From Camelus ferus (lineage: Eukaryota): 64,000 nucleotides of DNA. Under the pieces are notes generated by a model that made no database searches, had not been told where the DNA came from, and was given only the letters and a program-made list of their open reading frames with translations. Below, in pieces: positions 13,705 through 27,048 of the stretch. Location of the stretch: positions 80,726,001 to 80,790,000 of the forward strand of contig NC_045696.1 of assembly GCF_009834535.1 (NCBI RefSeq), given 5' to 3'. A program made the translations under genes and the position numbers. The first letter of the stretch is position 1, and each line of letters starts with the position of its first letter.

Positions 13705-16700
13705 AAATGGATTAAAAACCAAAATGAAAGAACCAACACTATAAAATTTACTAGAAATCATAGGTGTAAATCTTTGTGACCTTTGATTATGCCACAAAAA
13801 GGCACAAACTACCTAAAAAAATAGAACTTCATCGAAAAAGAAAACTTCAGTGCTTCAAAGGACGTTATCAAGAAAGTGAAAAGACAAAACACAAAACAGG
13901 AGAAATTATTTGCAAATCATGTATCTGATAAAAGTCCAGTGTCCAGAATATATAAAGAACTCTTACAACTCAACAATAAAAAGTAACAAATAACCTGATT
14001 AAAAAATGAGTACAGTATCTGAATACATAGGTCTCCAAAGAAGATTATATCAATGGTCAGCAAGCATGTGAAAAAATGCTTATCATTAGCCAACAGGGAA
14101 TGCAAATCAAACCCACACGATACCACTTCATACCTGCAGGATGGCTATATTAAACAGACAGACAATTATAAGTGTTGAAAAGGATGCAGAGAAGCTGGAA
14201 TCTTCATACACTGTTGCTGGGACTTTAAAATGGTGTGGCTACTTAGGAAAACAGCTTGGCCATTCTTTAAATGTTTAGACATAGAGTTACAATATGATCT
14301 ATTAATTCTACTCATAGGTATATACCCAAGAGAAATGAAAACATATATGCACTTGTACACAGATGTTCATAGTAGCATTATTCATAATAGCCCCACACTG
14401 AAAACAACTCAAATGTTTATCAGCTAATGAATGGATAAACAAAATGTGACGTATCAGAAGAATATTATTCAGTCATTTAAAGGAATAAAGTACTGATAAA
14501 TGCTACAATATAGTTGGACCTTGAAAATATTAGGGTAAGTGAAATAAGCCAGTCATAAGAGGCCATATATTATATAAACTCCATTTATATAAAATTTTAA
14601 AAATAGATAAATCCAAAGAGACTGAAAGTAGCTTAGTAGTTGCCCCTGGCTGAGGGTAGAGGGAATTGGGGAGGAACTGCTGAGGAGCATAGGAATTTCT
14701 TTTTGGATAATAAAAATATTCTGGAATTAGATAGTGGTGATGGTTGTACAAGTTTGTGAATTCACTAAAACCCACTGAATTTTATACTTTAAAAAGGTAA
14801 ATTTTATGATATGTAAATTACACATAAATTAAAGTAAAAGTGGGCACCAAGAGTGGTAGTGCAGAAAAGCATCCAGGAACTTTCTCTCTGCAATAACCTA
14901 TGCAGTAGAATTCCAATTTTATTTAAAAGTGGTATAGGAAAATTAAAAACCAGAAGGATATACTCAGCAATGCTAACACCTGACCGTTCGCCTTTTAAAT
15001 GATCTTTTTCATACTTATTCTCTATAATAGGCCTAAGCTTACATTACATCATGTAAAGAAATGGAAATGTAAAAATGAAAACAAACAAAAAAATCCCAAA
15101 ACATGGTTGCTAGGAGCTCTCTCTGGGTGCCGGGCAGGGTGGAGGTAAGTAATTGTTTTACAGATCCCATTCCACTTACAGAGATAGTTGGTGTGATAGA
15201 ATTCCCTGACTGAAAATTAAAGTTGGCCTAAGTGTAAATCTGTGAATTCAACATGTCTGTCGGTTTTCTGTTTGTTTTTTAAGTAGTTAAGAATAAAGAC
15301 CAGGGGTGAATGGGTCTTCCGTTTGAGCAAGACTGGTAGTGGGCAGTGTCTTTGTCACCTGTAAAGCTTTAGGCCACAGCCTAGAAGCTGGAGATTAAAG
15401 AAAGGAAAAGAATAATGACACTGGATAATAAGATAAAGGTCTATTTTCAGGGTTTATTTCAAGGTAACGCTCCCTAGACCGTCAGAGCATTTAGGAAGGT
15501 TTTTTTCCATTTCATATGACTTACGTTAGACAAAATAATCTCTAAGAATTATTACTTGTCTTTCAGAATTGTGTGGGTGTGTGTGTTACCCACAGGGCAC
15601 CCAGAGTCAAGATCAGGAGACCACAAAGAGAGTGAGGAGTCATGTCTTCCCTTCACCTGCCAGAGGGACCTCTGAAAATATTGGGAAATGGATTGGCAAA
15701 GGCCATCCTGGACTACTGTTGTTCTAGACGACAATTCTGTAATGGTTACTCTAGGTGAAATTATTCAGATTTTGAGAACTAGACTCCTGCTGAGTATTGT
15801 GTCCTATGGATTGTTGTTGGTCAAGACATATGATGTGGTCAGGAGGCTAGGGTTTCTTTCAATGAATGGAGATTCTCATTGTGAAGAACTGAACTGTGAC
15901 TTTTACTAGCCAAGAGTGGGTGAGTAAGGGAGGTGATCCCAAGACAAAAAAGCCAGGCACAGAACCGACACACGCCCATGAGTGGACTCCACCAGAGGTT
16001 TCCTTTACTTGGACTCTGGAAACAGATATATATATATAGTATTCATGGCTTTATCTTAGTTTTTATTTGTGGCTAGGTAATAAACAACGAATACACAACT
16101 GAAAGGCTACACAAAGGCTATATAGTGAAAGGAAGTCTTCCCGTCTGGCCCTTCAGTCACCAAGAGACATTGCCTCTGATCAACCTCAAACCTTGGCTAG
16201 AGCGTGCTACACCCCACAGCCTAGCTCAACGATGCTATGAGAACCTGAGGGTTGAGGCGGTGAAGGAAATGTAGCCTTCTCACCCCGCCTCTCCAGTGTG
16301 GTGGTGGCAGCGTGATTTGGGGTGGGCTGGGGGAGATGGTTGTCCAGGAGTTTGTGGCAGTGCCAGGCACTAGGGTGGGCAGATGACCATGGCATGGTCT
16401 GGAGGAACAATGAGGAGCATAGTGAAGATGCTGGTTGTAGTGGGCACTGACACTAATCTGATATGAGACATAAATTCTGTATCTCCAAATGCAAAACTGA
16501 AAATGTCCCTGAAGTGAGGGGCAAGAAGAAAAACTCCATTCTGTTCTTACAAGAAAGGTGAGCCAATTGGCAAATGTGTGGCTCAAACTAAGCACTGCTC
16601 CCTCTCTCCCTCTGCTCCCTAAACATACATACAAACAAGCATTTTTAAAGCATCAGGGTACAAATTTTTTTTTCCTACAATCTGTGGCTTTTGTTGGAAT

Positions 16701-16877
16701 CTCACTGTGCCCTTCCACTCTCCTTTCACCCTGTTCTCCCTGCTATTTTGCCCCCCCAACCCCTTATTAGGCCAACACATGTACTTTCTTTATTACAGTA
16801 TCATTTATTTTTACCCTAAGAAGAGTGTAATTTTGATAGGAAAGAGAGTTCTCATTTGACTGTCTAATGATATAATT

Positions 16878-16995
16878 TTGTGACTATTTAAGGCAAGTCA
16901 TTTAACCTCTCTGAACCTTAATTCCCACATCTGTGAAATTGATGACTACTTACATATTTCCCAGGCTTGCTGAGTAAAGCAATTATAAAACACTC
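16878..16995 (+). mobile_element. MIR fragment
   Basis: ggcaagtcatttaacctctctgaacctt...catctgtgaaat MIR core. Confidence 0.7.
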
Positions 16996-17877
16996 AGCAA
17001 TGTAAAAAATAATATACCAAGGTTTTTTTTTCTTTCATCAGTCTGTTCTCTGCACTTTAGACCCGGGCTGTAAAGAAAACTACCAATTTCTGCTTCGAGC
17101 ATTCTGGGCACTGCAGACTAGGGGCTCCTGGGAAACACCTCAATGCCGGACAACCAGCCCTGGAGAGGACACATTTTTGGAGAGTCTGCTGGTCTCACAA
17201 GAGGGGCAGAAGTCTGCAAGAACTTGTTTCTTCCAAAGAAAGGAAGAAAAGAAAACGAGGGAATAAGAGCTGCAGCTTGGATGAGCAGAGCTCTGGGAGG
17301 ACAGGGCTGCCCGGGGGCTGCTGGTGGCAGCAGTACCATCTAGAAGCTGGGATCTGGGCTGACCTCAGTGTGGGGAAGGAGAGCCTGGGACTTTGTGCTG
17401 AGACGAGAACCTCAACAGGATCAAATGACTTGTCATAACCTTAGAACTCATTTCCTGTATGACAAATAACCATGTTAGGTCAAATCCTTATAACCGGATA
17501 TACCACACAACCGTATAAGGCTAAATGAAAAAAACTGAAATCAAATGTGTACGTCTATGGTCATAATTTCATGGATAGGGGATTTTTACTATTTTTCTTA
17601 TATTCCAAATTTTCTACAATTAGTATGTTTATATAATCAGAAAAAATGAGTTAAAATTATTTCATAATGGAAGCAATCTAATAGCCCCAATTATAGAAAT
17701 AGTAATATAATTATGCAACTTTAGGAATCATTTAAAAAGATAAAATAAAGGATATAGAAACCAACATGAAAACACGGCTATGCTATAACAAATATAACAA
17801 GAAACAGGTACAGTATAATCAAAACTATATAAAAAATATAAGCATTAGAGGGATTATACAAAAACATTAAAGCTTTT

Positions 17878-18469
17878 TGTCACCGGCAAAGCCTATTAAT
17901 AATTCCCAGGGAATAAAAATAGAATCTGGGTAATAAAAAAGTCTAACCTTTTTTTTCCTTTTCCTTGGTGCTTAGTCTGCTTTTACTTGCTAGGGTGCCA
18001 CTCAAGGGCCTTGGACCCGGCCCTTCAGCCAGAGAACCTCATAGGAAAAGTCTGCGTGCCACACCTCAGCTCGGGGCGATATGTGCACAAGTGCTGTGGC
18101 TGATTCCGCAATTCAAGATGCCGGCGGTGGGCTGTGTGCAGAGACGTGCCCGGCAGTGCGATCTGTGGCCGAGAACAGCACAGCTGCGCCTGCGCGGTGG
18201 GAACTCTGTCCCGCGAGATCTCTGCCCTTCGGGAACTCCTTCGGCTCCGTGTTGAAGATCCCTATAAGGTAGCCCCGCCCACAGCCTGTGGGCACGAGGT
18301 GGAGGAAGAGCGGCAGCGTAGAGCCCACTAGTTCGCACCAGTCCGTTTTCTCATCAACGAATAAAACTTTCCTTTGCTTCTGAACCAAACTCAGTCTCAT
18401 TCTGTTGGCTCCATCAACATTGGACAGGAGGACCTTTGTTGTGAACCATCTCAGAAGAGTTCAGTAATA
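17878..18469 (+). mobile_element. CpG-rich ERV solo LTR (possibly MER54/MER73/LTR53 group)
   Basis: Ends tgtcaccg...cagtaata (degenerate TG..CA inverted termini) with tttt on both flanks. TATAA at 18263, AATAAA at 18360, and about 25 CpG in 18050-18360. Confidence 0.75.
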
Positions 18470-19479
18470 TTTTCTGAAGTTTTTTAAAAGTATAAGCAAT
18501 TAAAAAATCTTTTCTAAATGTTAAGCCTTCTTTAAGGTTGTTTCATTACTTCAAAACTTAAAGTATAATAAAAATGATACAACTTTTTTTTTTTTTTTTT
18601 GGATTCCTGGGGACTGAGGACAGCTATTAACAAAACTATAAACCAGTATACAATTCCTTCAACCAGAATGCTGTGATGCTGGCGTGGTGGGAGTTAGAGA
18701 TGGCTTCTACAAAGAGAAAGGAGTTTGAGGCTAAGGAAGGAGGGCGCGGGGAGGGAGGGGCAATTCCCGTATCTTTCTTGGGGCTCATGAGGATGAGATG
18801 GGCTGTGTGATTTAGAGAGGGGGCTGTATCTAATGAATTTGGGGGATTCATGTTGTTCTCCTAATGTATTTACCTTTTGTAATCCCCAAGTCTTTAATAA
18901 AATACGGTTCAAACACACTGGCCTCGTTTCTGCTTGAGCAAAATAGGAAGCTCTCTGTGGCTATTCTCGGGCACAGCTGGCTCCACGGGCTAGAACGTGG
19001 TGCAAGGAGAAACTGCAAGAGGATGAAGCTCCTGGAAGTGGAGGCAGGAGCTCTTGACTCAGCTTTTCCTTCCTGTGTCAGGATTGTGTTCCCAAATCCC
19101 CAAAGCTCCACCATTGAGGGTCTGGAAGCTTCAGTGCTTTATTTTTGCTCTGGTTGCAGGCATTTCCCATCATCTGTCAGGCAGCTTAGAGAAGGACAGT
19201 GGGAGGCCAAGAACCGCAAGACAGGATACCTGTATCTGTGGTCTGAAGTTGCTAACTTTGCAGTCGCTAAAGTGACCAGCATTCCTTAGCAGTCTTCAGT
19301 TCTGTCCACTTCCGAAATAACTACCCGAACTGTTCAACCTCCTCTTCAAACCCCGCTCCTTCAAGACAAGGCTGAAGATTCCGTATCTCAGATATTCCAT
19401 CTCAGTACCATTACCAGAGATGATTTTTTTTCACCCCCAGAACCAATTGTTCACTAAATTGCTGCCTCCTAACTAGCTC

Positions 19480-19790
19480 TTTAATCCACCCTTGAAATTC
19501 TATTCTTGCCACCACTGCCTGTTGCTCCATGATTTTATCTAGATTATTGCTATAGCCTGGGAATTAATTTCCCCGCCTCTGATCCTAGGAATCCCACCCC
19601 TAAACTACCAAAGTGTTGTTTTTAAACAGATTTGGTCATGTTACTCCCATATTTTAAAACTTTTGTGGCTCTTCCTTGATGACAAGATACAGTTTAAATA
19701 TCTTGGTCAGAGATTTAAGGCCCTCTAAAATTCTCCCCAACCACATTGCCCACTTCATCTTCACTGGCCCCATGTTCTAGCTACACAATA
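19480..19790 (+). mobile_element. L2 fragment
   Basis: tttaaacagatttggtcatgttactccc...aaaacttttgtggctcttcc...aaggccct, the L2 3' region. Confidence 0.65.
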
Positions 19791-19856
19791 TTACTTAAAA
19801 GTTTTTCTTTCCTTAGTTCTTTTTTCTTTCCTTTCTTTTCTGTCTCCTCTTTCTCC

Positions 19857-20150
19857 TTTTTTTTTAAAAATTAAAATACAGTTAATTCACAATATTATAT
19901 TAGTTTCAGGTGTACAGCATAATGATTCAGTAGTTTTGCAGATTACACTCCATTCAAAGTTATTACAAGATAATGGCTGTAATTCTCTGTGCTATATAAT
20001 ATATCCTGTTGCTTATCTGTTGTCTACAGAGCAGTTTTTATCTCTGAATCCCATACCCCTAATTTGCTCCCCTTCCATGTCCCCTTTGGTAACCACTAGT
20101 TTGTTTTCTATATCTGACTCTGTTTCCGTTTTGCATGTACATTCATTTAT
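19857..20150 (-). mobile_element. Artiodactyl-type L1 3' end
   Basis: Poly-T followed by tagtttcaggtgtacagcataatgattcag...ggtaaccactagtttgttttctat. Confidence 0.85.
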
Positions 20151-22084
20151 ACTCCTTCCTTTCTTTTCATCTTTATTTCTTACAACAAGAACAACAAACC
20201 TTATAAACACAGGAAATAGAAATGAAAGGAAAGAAAAATTCACAATCTAACAACCTAAGACATAATTACTTTAGTGTCATTTATAGTAATTTATTATTTC
20301 TTTATGTGCATACTAATTTTCAGCTATAGACATTTTTATTATCCCCCTTTGAAGTCATGAAGAAGCAAAGGTTCAGAAAAATCATGACAAGTTTTCTCGT
20401 TTTTTAATGTTACTTCACATATCTCACTTCTGGTTTTAATCACAGGTTAGAAGGTATGAAATTTAGTCCTTAAATGCAAAAGATCAAAATACATAACTTT
20501 TCCCAGTTTCCTCTGACTCAATAGATTCATTTCGGTTTCCAATCCCATTCTTCTGGATGTGATGGAAACATAATTTCAGTCAATTTGCCATACTTCTTGC
20601 CTTTTCCTGGGTCATATCTTTGTTCTAGGAGGCTTGCTAGGAATCCTCAGTGTCATCTAGCCAGACTAGCATGTGTTGAGATGTACATCACCCTGATTGT
20701 TCCTTGAGCATCGTTAAATGCCAGCCACTGAATAGACCTCCATTATAACAACCCACGTGGACCCTTCTGACTTCATGGCTCTCTCTGTGCCATTTGTGGG
20801 TGCGGGGCGATCATTGTTTAACCCTCACGCCATGCCAGGGCTGGAGAACTCTACAGGGCTCTCAGCCATTTACCATGCCACCATTTCTTCTCTGGGGTCT
20901 TGCCTCCTCTCCAGAGCTCAGCCTGTGGAGTAAAGACACTAGCTAGCAGTGTCTCCGCTCTCTGCTTCTCCTCCAATGCTTCTTTCCTAATCTTTTTCCT
21001 GTCTGGATCTTTTCAGTTCTCTGAAGGAATTAGACTCAGAAATCTGAAAGACTCCTTTTCTCTGCTTGATGCTCTCTTGATCTCTTTCCTGAGATGAATA
21101 AGGTCCAATCTTGTGTTTAAACAGAGGGAAGGGTCAAGGCAGAAAAGGAAATACTGAGAAAAATTGTTAATGTCTAAAAAATGCTCTTTTGACACAACAA
21201 CATAAATAAAATTTTTTCTACTTTTTAAATTGGCCATAAGCATACCAAATATTATCACAGTCTTTAAAATTATCATTTTAAATTCTTGGATAGTAATACA
21301 TTGCTTAAATTCCATGACGGGGTGGGATTTGTTGCATTCTTTTGGTCGTGAGGGATAGTTAAATTAGCTATAATGGGGCTGGCTTCACAGAGAGGATGGC
21401 AGGAGAGAAGCTTTGTGTCAAAATGACTTTAGGACCCTCAGCTGCTTCTTATTGCTGCCAACAATAAGACTTTAGAGATATGAGTATAAATTAGACATGT
21501 TTTATTTGGTTTCTATCCCTATTTACGTTGAACAAAGAAGTTCTATAGTTATAGGCTTCCCAAGAGTGTGATGCTTTGTGAAAGACTGATTTTGTACCCT
21601 GTGTCCTAATGCAGTTTATATTTATATAGATGACATTAACTAAAAGCATTTTGGATACACAGAGAACTGGAGAAAATAAGTAAAAACAAAACAACAACAA
21701 CAACAAAAAACCCCTTTGCTGTTTAAAAAATAGTTTTCTGGCTATGATGCAATATCTAGTACCCTAGACTTTGAACCCAATGGTTCACATTCAAATTTCC
21801 ATGGCACTTAATTTTGTTTGCATGTAATAGAGCATAATGCAAAGCAATGTCATTTCTACAAGTCCTGTGCAGAATGACCTCAGATGTGGCACACTGATTA
21901 GAAGTGGGATGAGGAGATCAAGCAAATTATCCCAAAGCAGAGTCTGCACAGCAAACACAAGGATTTTCCTTCTTTAGATTGTGTATTTGGGCTGATGAAG
22001 ATTGGATGTGTGAGCCAGGACTGAAGTCCTCCCCCAGCCACCCTGGAGGACAGCAACTGAGGTTAGGTAAGGCATGGAGTATCT

Positions 22085-22265
22085 GACAGATCTTACTAGC
22101 TATATGACCTTGTGCAATATACTTAACTTCTCTTAAGTGTTAGTTTTCCCGTTTGAAACATTGATAACCATACCTACCTATTAAGGTTGTTGTAAGGATT
22201 AGAGACAAAGTACCTGGTACATAGTAGGCCCTCAGTAAAGGGTAGCTATTATGAGTATTATTATT
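22085..22265 (+). mobile_element. MIR
   Basis: tactagctatatgaccttgtgcaa...cttaacttctct...ggttgttgtaaggatt...cctggtacatagtagg. Confidence 0.8.
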
Positions 22266-23259
22266 GTCTGTTAAGGGGTGTATGAGCATAAACAGGATGA
22301 TTATGGAGGAAAGATGAGGTTAAAAAAAAAGTAACACTAGTAACAAATCACTTAGCCTGTGATGACTGTCCTCTGGGGAGTTTTAAAAGCTGATCATTGC
22401 TTGATTTCATGATATTGTTCTTCCCCAGGCCCCACAAAGTATTGTGTGACATGTTTATTAGTTTAAGTGATTTAGCTTTTTGAGTCTTTAGATTTTGTAA
22501 CACCCTCTGTGCTACCAAAGGTTCTCAGGGGAGTTAACAAAATCAGCACTGAGATTTCCTTTAAAATATTAACAGAAAAGTAAGTAAGTAAAGTATCTTC
22601 CTCTTCCTGACACTGATATAGGCTCATTGTCTTCCTAACATAAGATACCATCTAATAAATGGCTGACTTCATACCTAGGCTGACAACAGAATGCTGTTTA
22701 GTCACTGTGCCCCTTCCTTCCATCGTGCTTCCTCCCCCCTCCCCCCAAATAAGCACTGGAAATTAAAAGTTGCAATTCCACCTCAAAGCAATGGTGCTGG
22801 GGCATAGATAGGACATTCCAAAAGGTAGGGTAGAGTATGTGCTAGAAATAAGAAAAGAAGGAAAACCAGAGAGTGAGGACCAGTAACCACAGCATTTGAG
22901 GAGTAGTTCTGGGAGAAGAGGTAGGAGGGAAGCCTGGAGGTGGGTGTGGGAGGTGGTGGGACACAGTCAAGGAGAAAAGGTGACAATATCCAACCCAGCT
23001 CACCCTCCAAACACCCTTAGGGCAGTTGGCTTTACTCAGTCTCCTCTTCAAAACTTCTCTCAAATGATCTCTTCGAAAACATAAATGTCAACTCTTGTAT
23101 AAATGTCAATGGAAAGTCTTACTTGAGAATATTCCAGCTACCCTTGGAAACCAGGATTTCTCAGGAAACCTGAGTTCTTGGCCCAGGTCTGCTATTAATG
23201 TTTTGGGAGAGCTCCAGGAAATTACTTTTTTTTGACCTCAGTCCCTTCATTTGTTTCCT

Positions 23260-23700
23260 TTGGTTTAACAAATTTTTGTGTAGCATCTACCAGTCAGGTA
23301 TTGTGGTGGATCCTGGTAATTAAACAGGGAACAAGGGAGACATGGTCTTTAAGTTTACGATGCTTATTGTGTAGTGGAAGTAGACCGAACACAAATAAAC
23401 AACTAAATGAAATCATTACAAATGATGGTGGGTCCATCATAGATGCTGGGTCCATCAAAGAGCACTCAGGCCAAAGAAGCAAAGACAGATAGACAAAGAC
23501 CCTGAGCCTGGCAAGATGCCCATAAAGACTGATGGCAGAGAGGGTGCTGGGGAGAGCTGGTGGAGATGAGAATGGAGAGGCTGCCCTGTGGGGCAGTGCT
23601 GCAGGGACATATTGGCATGGGAAGGCCAGGCCATGGGTTTCATTTGAAAAGCAGTTGGAAGCCCCTGGAGGATTTTAAGCAGAGACGAGATGATCCATGT
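23260..23700 (-). mobile_element. L2 3' fragment
   Basis: tttaacaaattt...agcatctac...ggaagcccctggaggattttaagcag. Confidence 0.65.
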
Positions 23701-25360
23701 ATGGTTTATGAATATTGCTACATTCCTGTCAGTTTGAAAATTCTACTATTGTGATTATCCCATCTAACTACTTATGGCTCAAGCAGTCCCTTTAATATGA
23801 GAAAATTCTCCAACATAAAGAATAGTCCTTGGATTAAAAAATCCCCTGCTAGGTAACCATTGACCTTTCTTTCCACTTCTTTCCCATTTTCCTGGAATGT
23901 TTACCCCTCTACCATTGTAACAAATCCACATCTGAAATTTCTTGGCATCTCCCTGCAAGTTCCACGTCAAGGACTATCATCTGTACCTTATTGACTTTTG
24001 ATGAACTATGTTCCAACTTGCCTTCCAGTCCCCGTAAACCAAGAGAGTCAACTGACTGAATCTCTAGCCTTAGAATTCTAAACCACAATCATTTTTCTCT
24101 ATGAAATCATTTACTTTCCCATACAATTTCCTTGAGAACTGTTTGATAAGCTTCTTGTCAAGGAAGGGAGGCAGAATCCAACAAACATTTGTATTGTGTC
24201 CTGCGTCTCCCACAAAGATAAAGTTGTTCTCTCCAAATTATGGCCTCCAAAGACATCCTAAACCCTCTAGGCTTAAGTGTTTTAGGACATCCAGTGAGAA
24301 CTCAGCAAACACCACATGGCGAGAATCGTAACCACAATGTCTGCTTTTAAGCAATTCAACTCATGGGATCTGAGCAAAGAACTAGTCTTTTAAGACTCCA
24401 TCTCTCACAGAAGTACATGTAATTTCTTCCTCATGCCTTAGTTTAGTTGGGCAACATACTGCAGCTCTTGTGCGGCTTTTGTGTTTTACAGCTTGACAGG
24501 AGAAAAGGAGGAGAGACGGCTCTAATACCTTTGGATTTTGTATGGATTTTGGGTGCCCAAAGCTGACCTTTTCCAGCAGCTGGTAAACAGCTTTGAGATT
24601 CAGAACCTCTTCTTTTGGCTCACACTTGCCTGGAGAGCTGTAAATGTCAGTCTGGCAACTTCCTCACAAACAAAGCCCGCTGGTAAGTCAGCAAAAGCGA
24701 GCGGGCTGTCTACTCACGCCGGGCATGTTAAGACTCTTCATCACCTTCTTTTCCTGGTGGCAGGGCAAGGACAGAGCCCAGAAAAGAGCCCGCACAGCTT
24801 GCAGATGGGCTGTGTTTTCAGAGCTTAGTTGAAAGATACACTTGGCGTTCACCTGAAACATGGAAGTCAGATGAAAGGGCTATTTTCATCAGGTTTCCCT
24901 GTAGTTTGAACCATCTGGAATAGTAAGATTGGACCATTAGGTCAGAAACAAGAGCAGTTCCAATGCAAAGGCCATCTTCTAAGGAGGGTTGTCCTTATCG
25001 AATAGGAATTAAAAAACAAAGCATCTTTCTTTGCCATTTGCATTTATTCTCATCTTTTCTAAAAACTCTCACTCTACCTTTTCCTGTAGGATGACGTCTA
25101 AGTTGAAGTTATTTTAAATTTGAGTCTCTTCAGAATTATCTATTAGTCTTTTTTTTTTCTTTTTAGAATGTTAAGTCCTCCTGGCAGTCTTACAATCTGT
25201 TTTCCTTGAACTTATGAGAACCTCGTTAACTACGTGATATGGAGTAAACCAAACATTTGTGTAGTGTCTGTCTGTCTAGGAGATAAAGCTGTTCTTGCAA
25301 TTAAAGTCCTAGAAGACATCAGTTACCCCCTTTAGCTTTAGGTGTTTTAGGAGAGTTGTC

Positions 25361-25394
<34 letters not shown>

Positions 25395-25425
25395 GAAAGA
25401 AAGATGGAAAAGAAAGAAAAAGACA
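25361..25425. repeat. A28 run followed by a GA-rich purine tract
   Basis: Read directly. Confidence 0.9.
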
Positions 25426-26379
25426 AGAGAGTTTTACAAACTTTTTGGATGTACGGAGAGCCTCGGTCTCTTGCAATAAGATAATTAGTATATTCTTGGG
25501 CAAATAAGCAAATTGAAGAAAAAATCATTGCAGAAATGAACACATTGGCTGTTTTTGTCTTCAGTAGTAATATAACAATAACAATTCTTCAAAATAAGTT
25601 GTCTTTTGACCAAGCTTTTAAAGTAAAAAGTACTGCTTGATTCTACTTGATCTGATGCAGCAATCTCTTGGTTTTTCTATTCTAGTTTTAAGTGTTGAAT
25701 TTTTCTAAAAGAATGAAAACTGCTAATTCATTCTGGTAAATTAATAGTTAGAAAGAAAGGTTAATTTACAATAATGTCTTTAGTTTTTGCCAAAGGTTAT
25801 GAAAATGACCAGATTTGCTTATAGATTTTAATAGACTATTTTTCCAAATGTCATAGATCCAAATGGCTAAAATTTTAAAGGCTTCTATACATCACTGAGT
25901 CCTGTTCAAAACTTTTCTCAAGGGTTATGCCAGTTTTTAAATTGTCCTCGAAGCCACAATGACCTACTTTGAGGACTGAAATGCTTTACTTAAGGAGCAA
26001 AGGCTAGAGTTTTGTGAAAAACTCTTCCATCAAAGAATACCACTATTAAAACAGAATGATTATGAAAAGCAGCTTAGCTGTTGTTTGGGGAATTTTACTT
26101 TCCTGTTATTCTAGGAATGAGTCTCAGTTTCTTCATTTTCTAAATCAGCCTCCCATACAGCTAATGGGTGATGATGGTGGTGGTGGTGGTGGTGGTGTGT
26201 TTGTCTGTGATTATGGGGAGGGATGGGATGGTTAGAATGTGATATGGTCAGTCAAATTTAGGTAATTTGTTTTATGTGAAATGAGAAGAGCACACTACAA
26301 CTTATAAGACAGCCAAAACTGGAAAAGCCAGACTCGGACACCTCTTATTTGAATGTCCAGCAGGATAACTTGGCTGTTA

Positions 26380-27048
26380 GAGGCATACCTTGGAGACATT
26401 GGGGGTTCAGGTTTCCACTACCTCAAAATATCAGATATTACAGTAAAGTGAGCCACACGAATTGGTTTTTCAGCCCATATAAAAGTTATGTTTCCACCAT
26501 ACTGTGCTCTACTAGGGTACAATAGTATTAAGTCGAAAAATGTACATAGTTTAATTAAAAAATATTTTATTGCTAAAAATGCTAAACATCATCTGAGCCT
26601 TTGGCGTTGCTGGTGTAGGGTCTTGCCAAGGCTGCTGACTGCTCAGGGTGCTCAGGGTGGTCTAATTTCAATATTGTTGTGTCTCAGGGGATAGGGAGGC
26701 CAAGGGGGAAGGGGAAGGACAAGGGAATGGCTGGCTGGTGGAGCAGTCAGAACACACACATTTATGGATTAAGTTCCACTGCCTTATATGGGCACGGTCC
26801 ACGGTGCTCCAGAACAATCACAATAGTAACATCCAAGATCTCTGATCACAGATGGCCATAGCACATATAATGAAAATGAGAAAGTTTGAAATACTGTGAG
26901 AATTACCAACATGTGACGCAGACACATGAAGTAAGCAAATGTTGTTGGAAAAATGGTGCCAATAGCCTTGCTGGATGCAGGGTTGCCACAAACCTTCAGT
27001 TTGTATAAAACACAGTATCTACAAAGCACAATAAAGAAGGCAGGTCTG
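26380..27048 (-). mobile_element. Tigger1 internal-deletion derivative (TcMar-Tigger MITE)
   Basis: TA|gaggcataccttggagacatt...ctg|TA. Both Tigger1 termini are joined near 26660; the transposase is deleted. Confidence 0.85.

Larger units (their letters stand above)
11670..14833 (+). mobile_element. Degenerate L1MB-like LINE (ORF2 RT region to 3'UTR) with two nested L1 insertions
   Basis: Recognisable L1 ORF2 tracts (ggccctgatggcttcattggtgaattttacc; tttgcagatgacat; ataggtatatacccaagagaaatgaaa) and an L1MB-type 3' end. No intact ORF. Confidence 0.9.

Noticed and set aside
17965..18400. Five overlapping ORFs in the GC-rich patch
   Set aside because: This is the expected stop-codon depletion in a GC-rich LTR; no protein similarity was recognised.
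23424..23459. 18-bp tandem duplication gatg(g/c)tgggtccatca(t/a)a
   Set aside because: Only two copies inside an L2 remnant; an ordinary slippage duplication.
25351..25435. A28 tract as a retroposed tail with a gagagtt TSD
   Set aside because: Only 7 bp match and they are not flush with the tract, so it is indistinguishable from simple-repeat expansion.
26784..27029. 81-aa ORF resembling database 'hypothetical proteins'
   Set aside because: It is a translation of Tigger1 terminal sequence.
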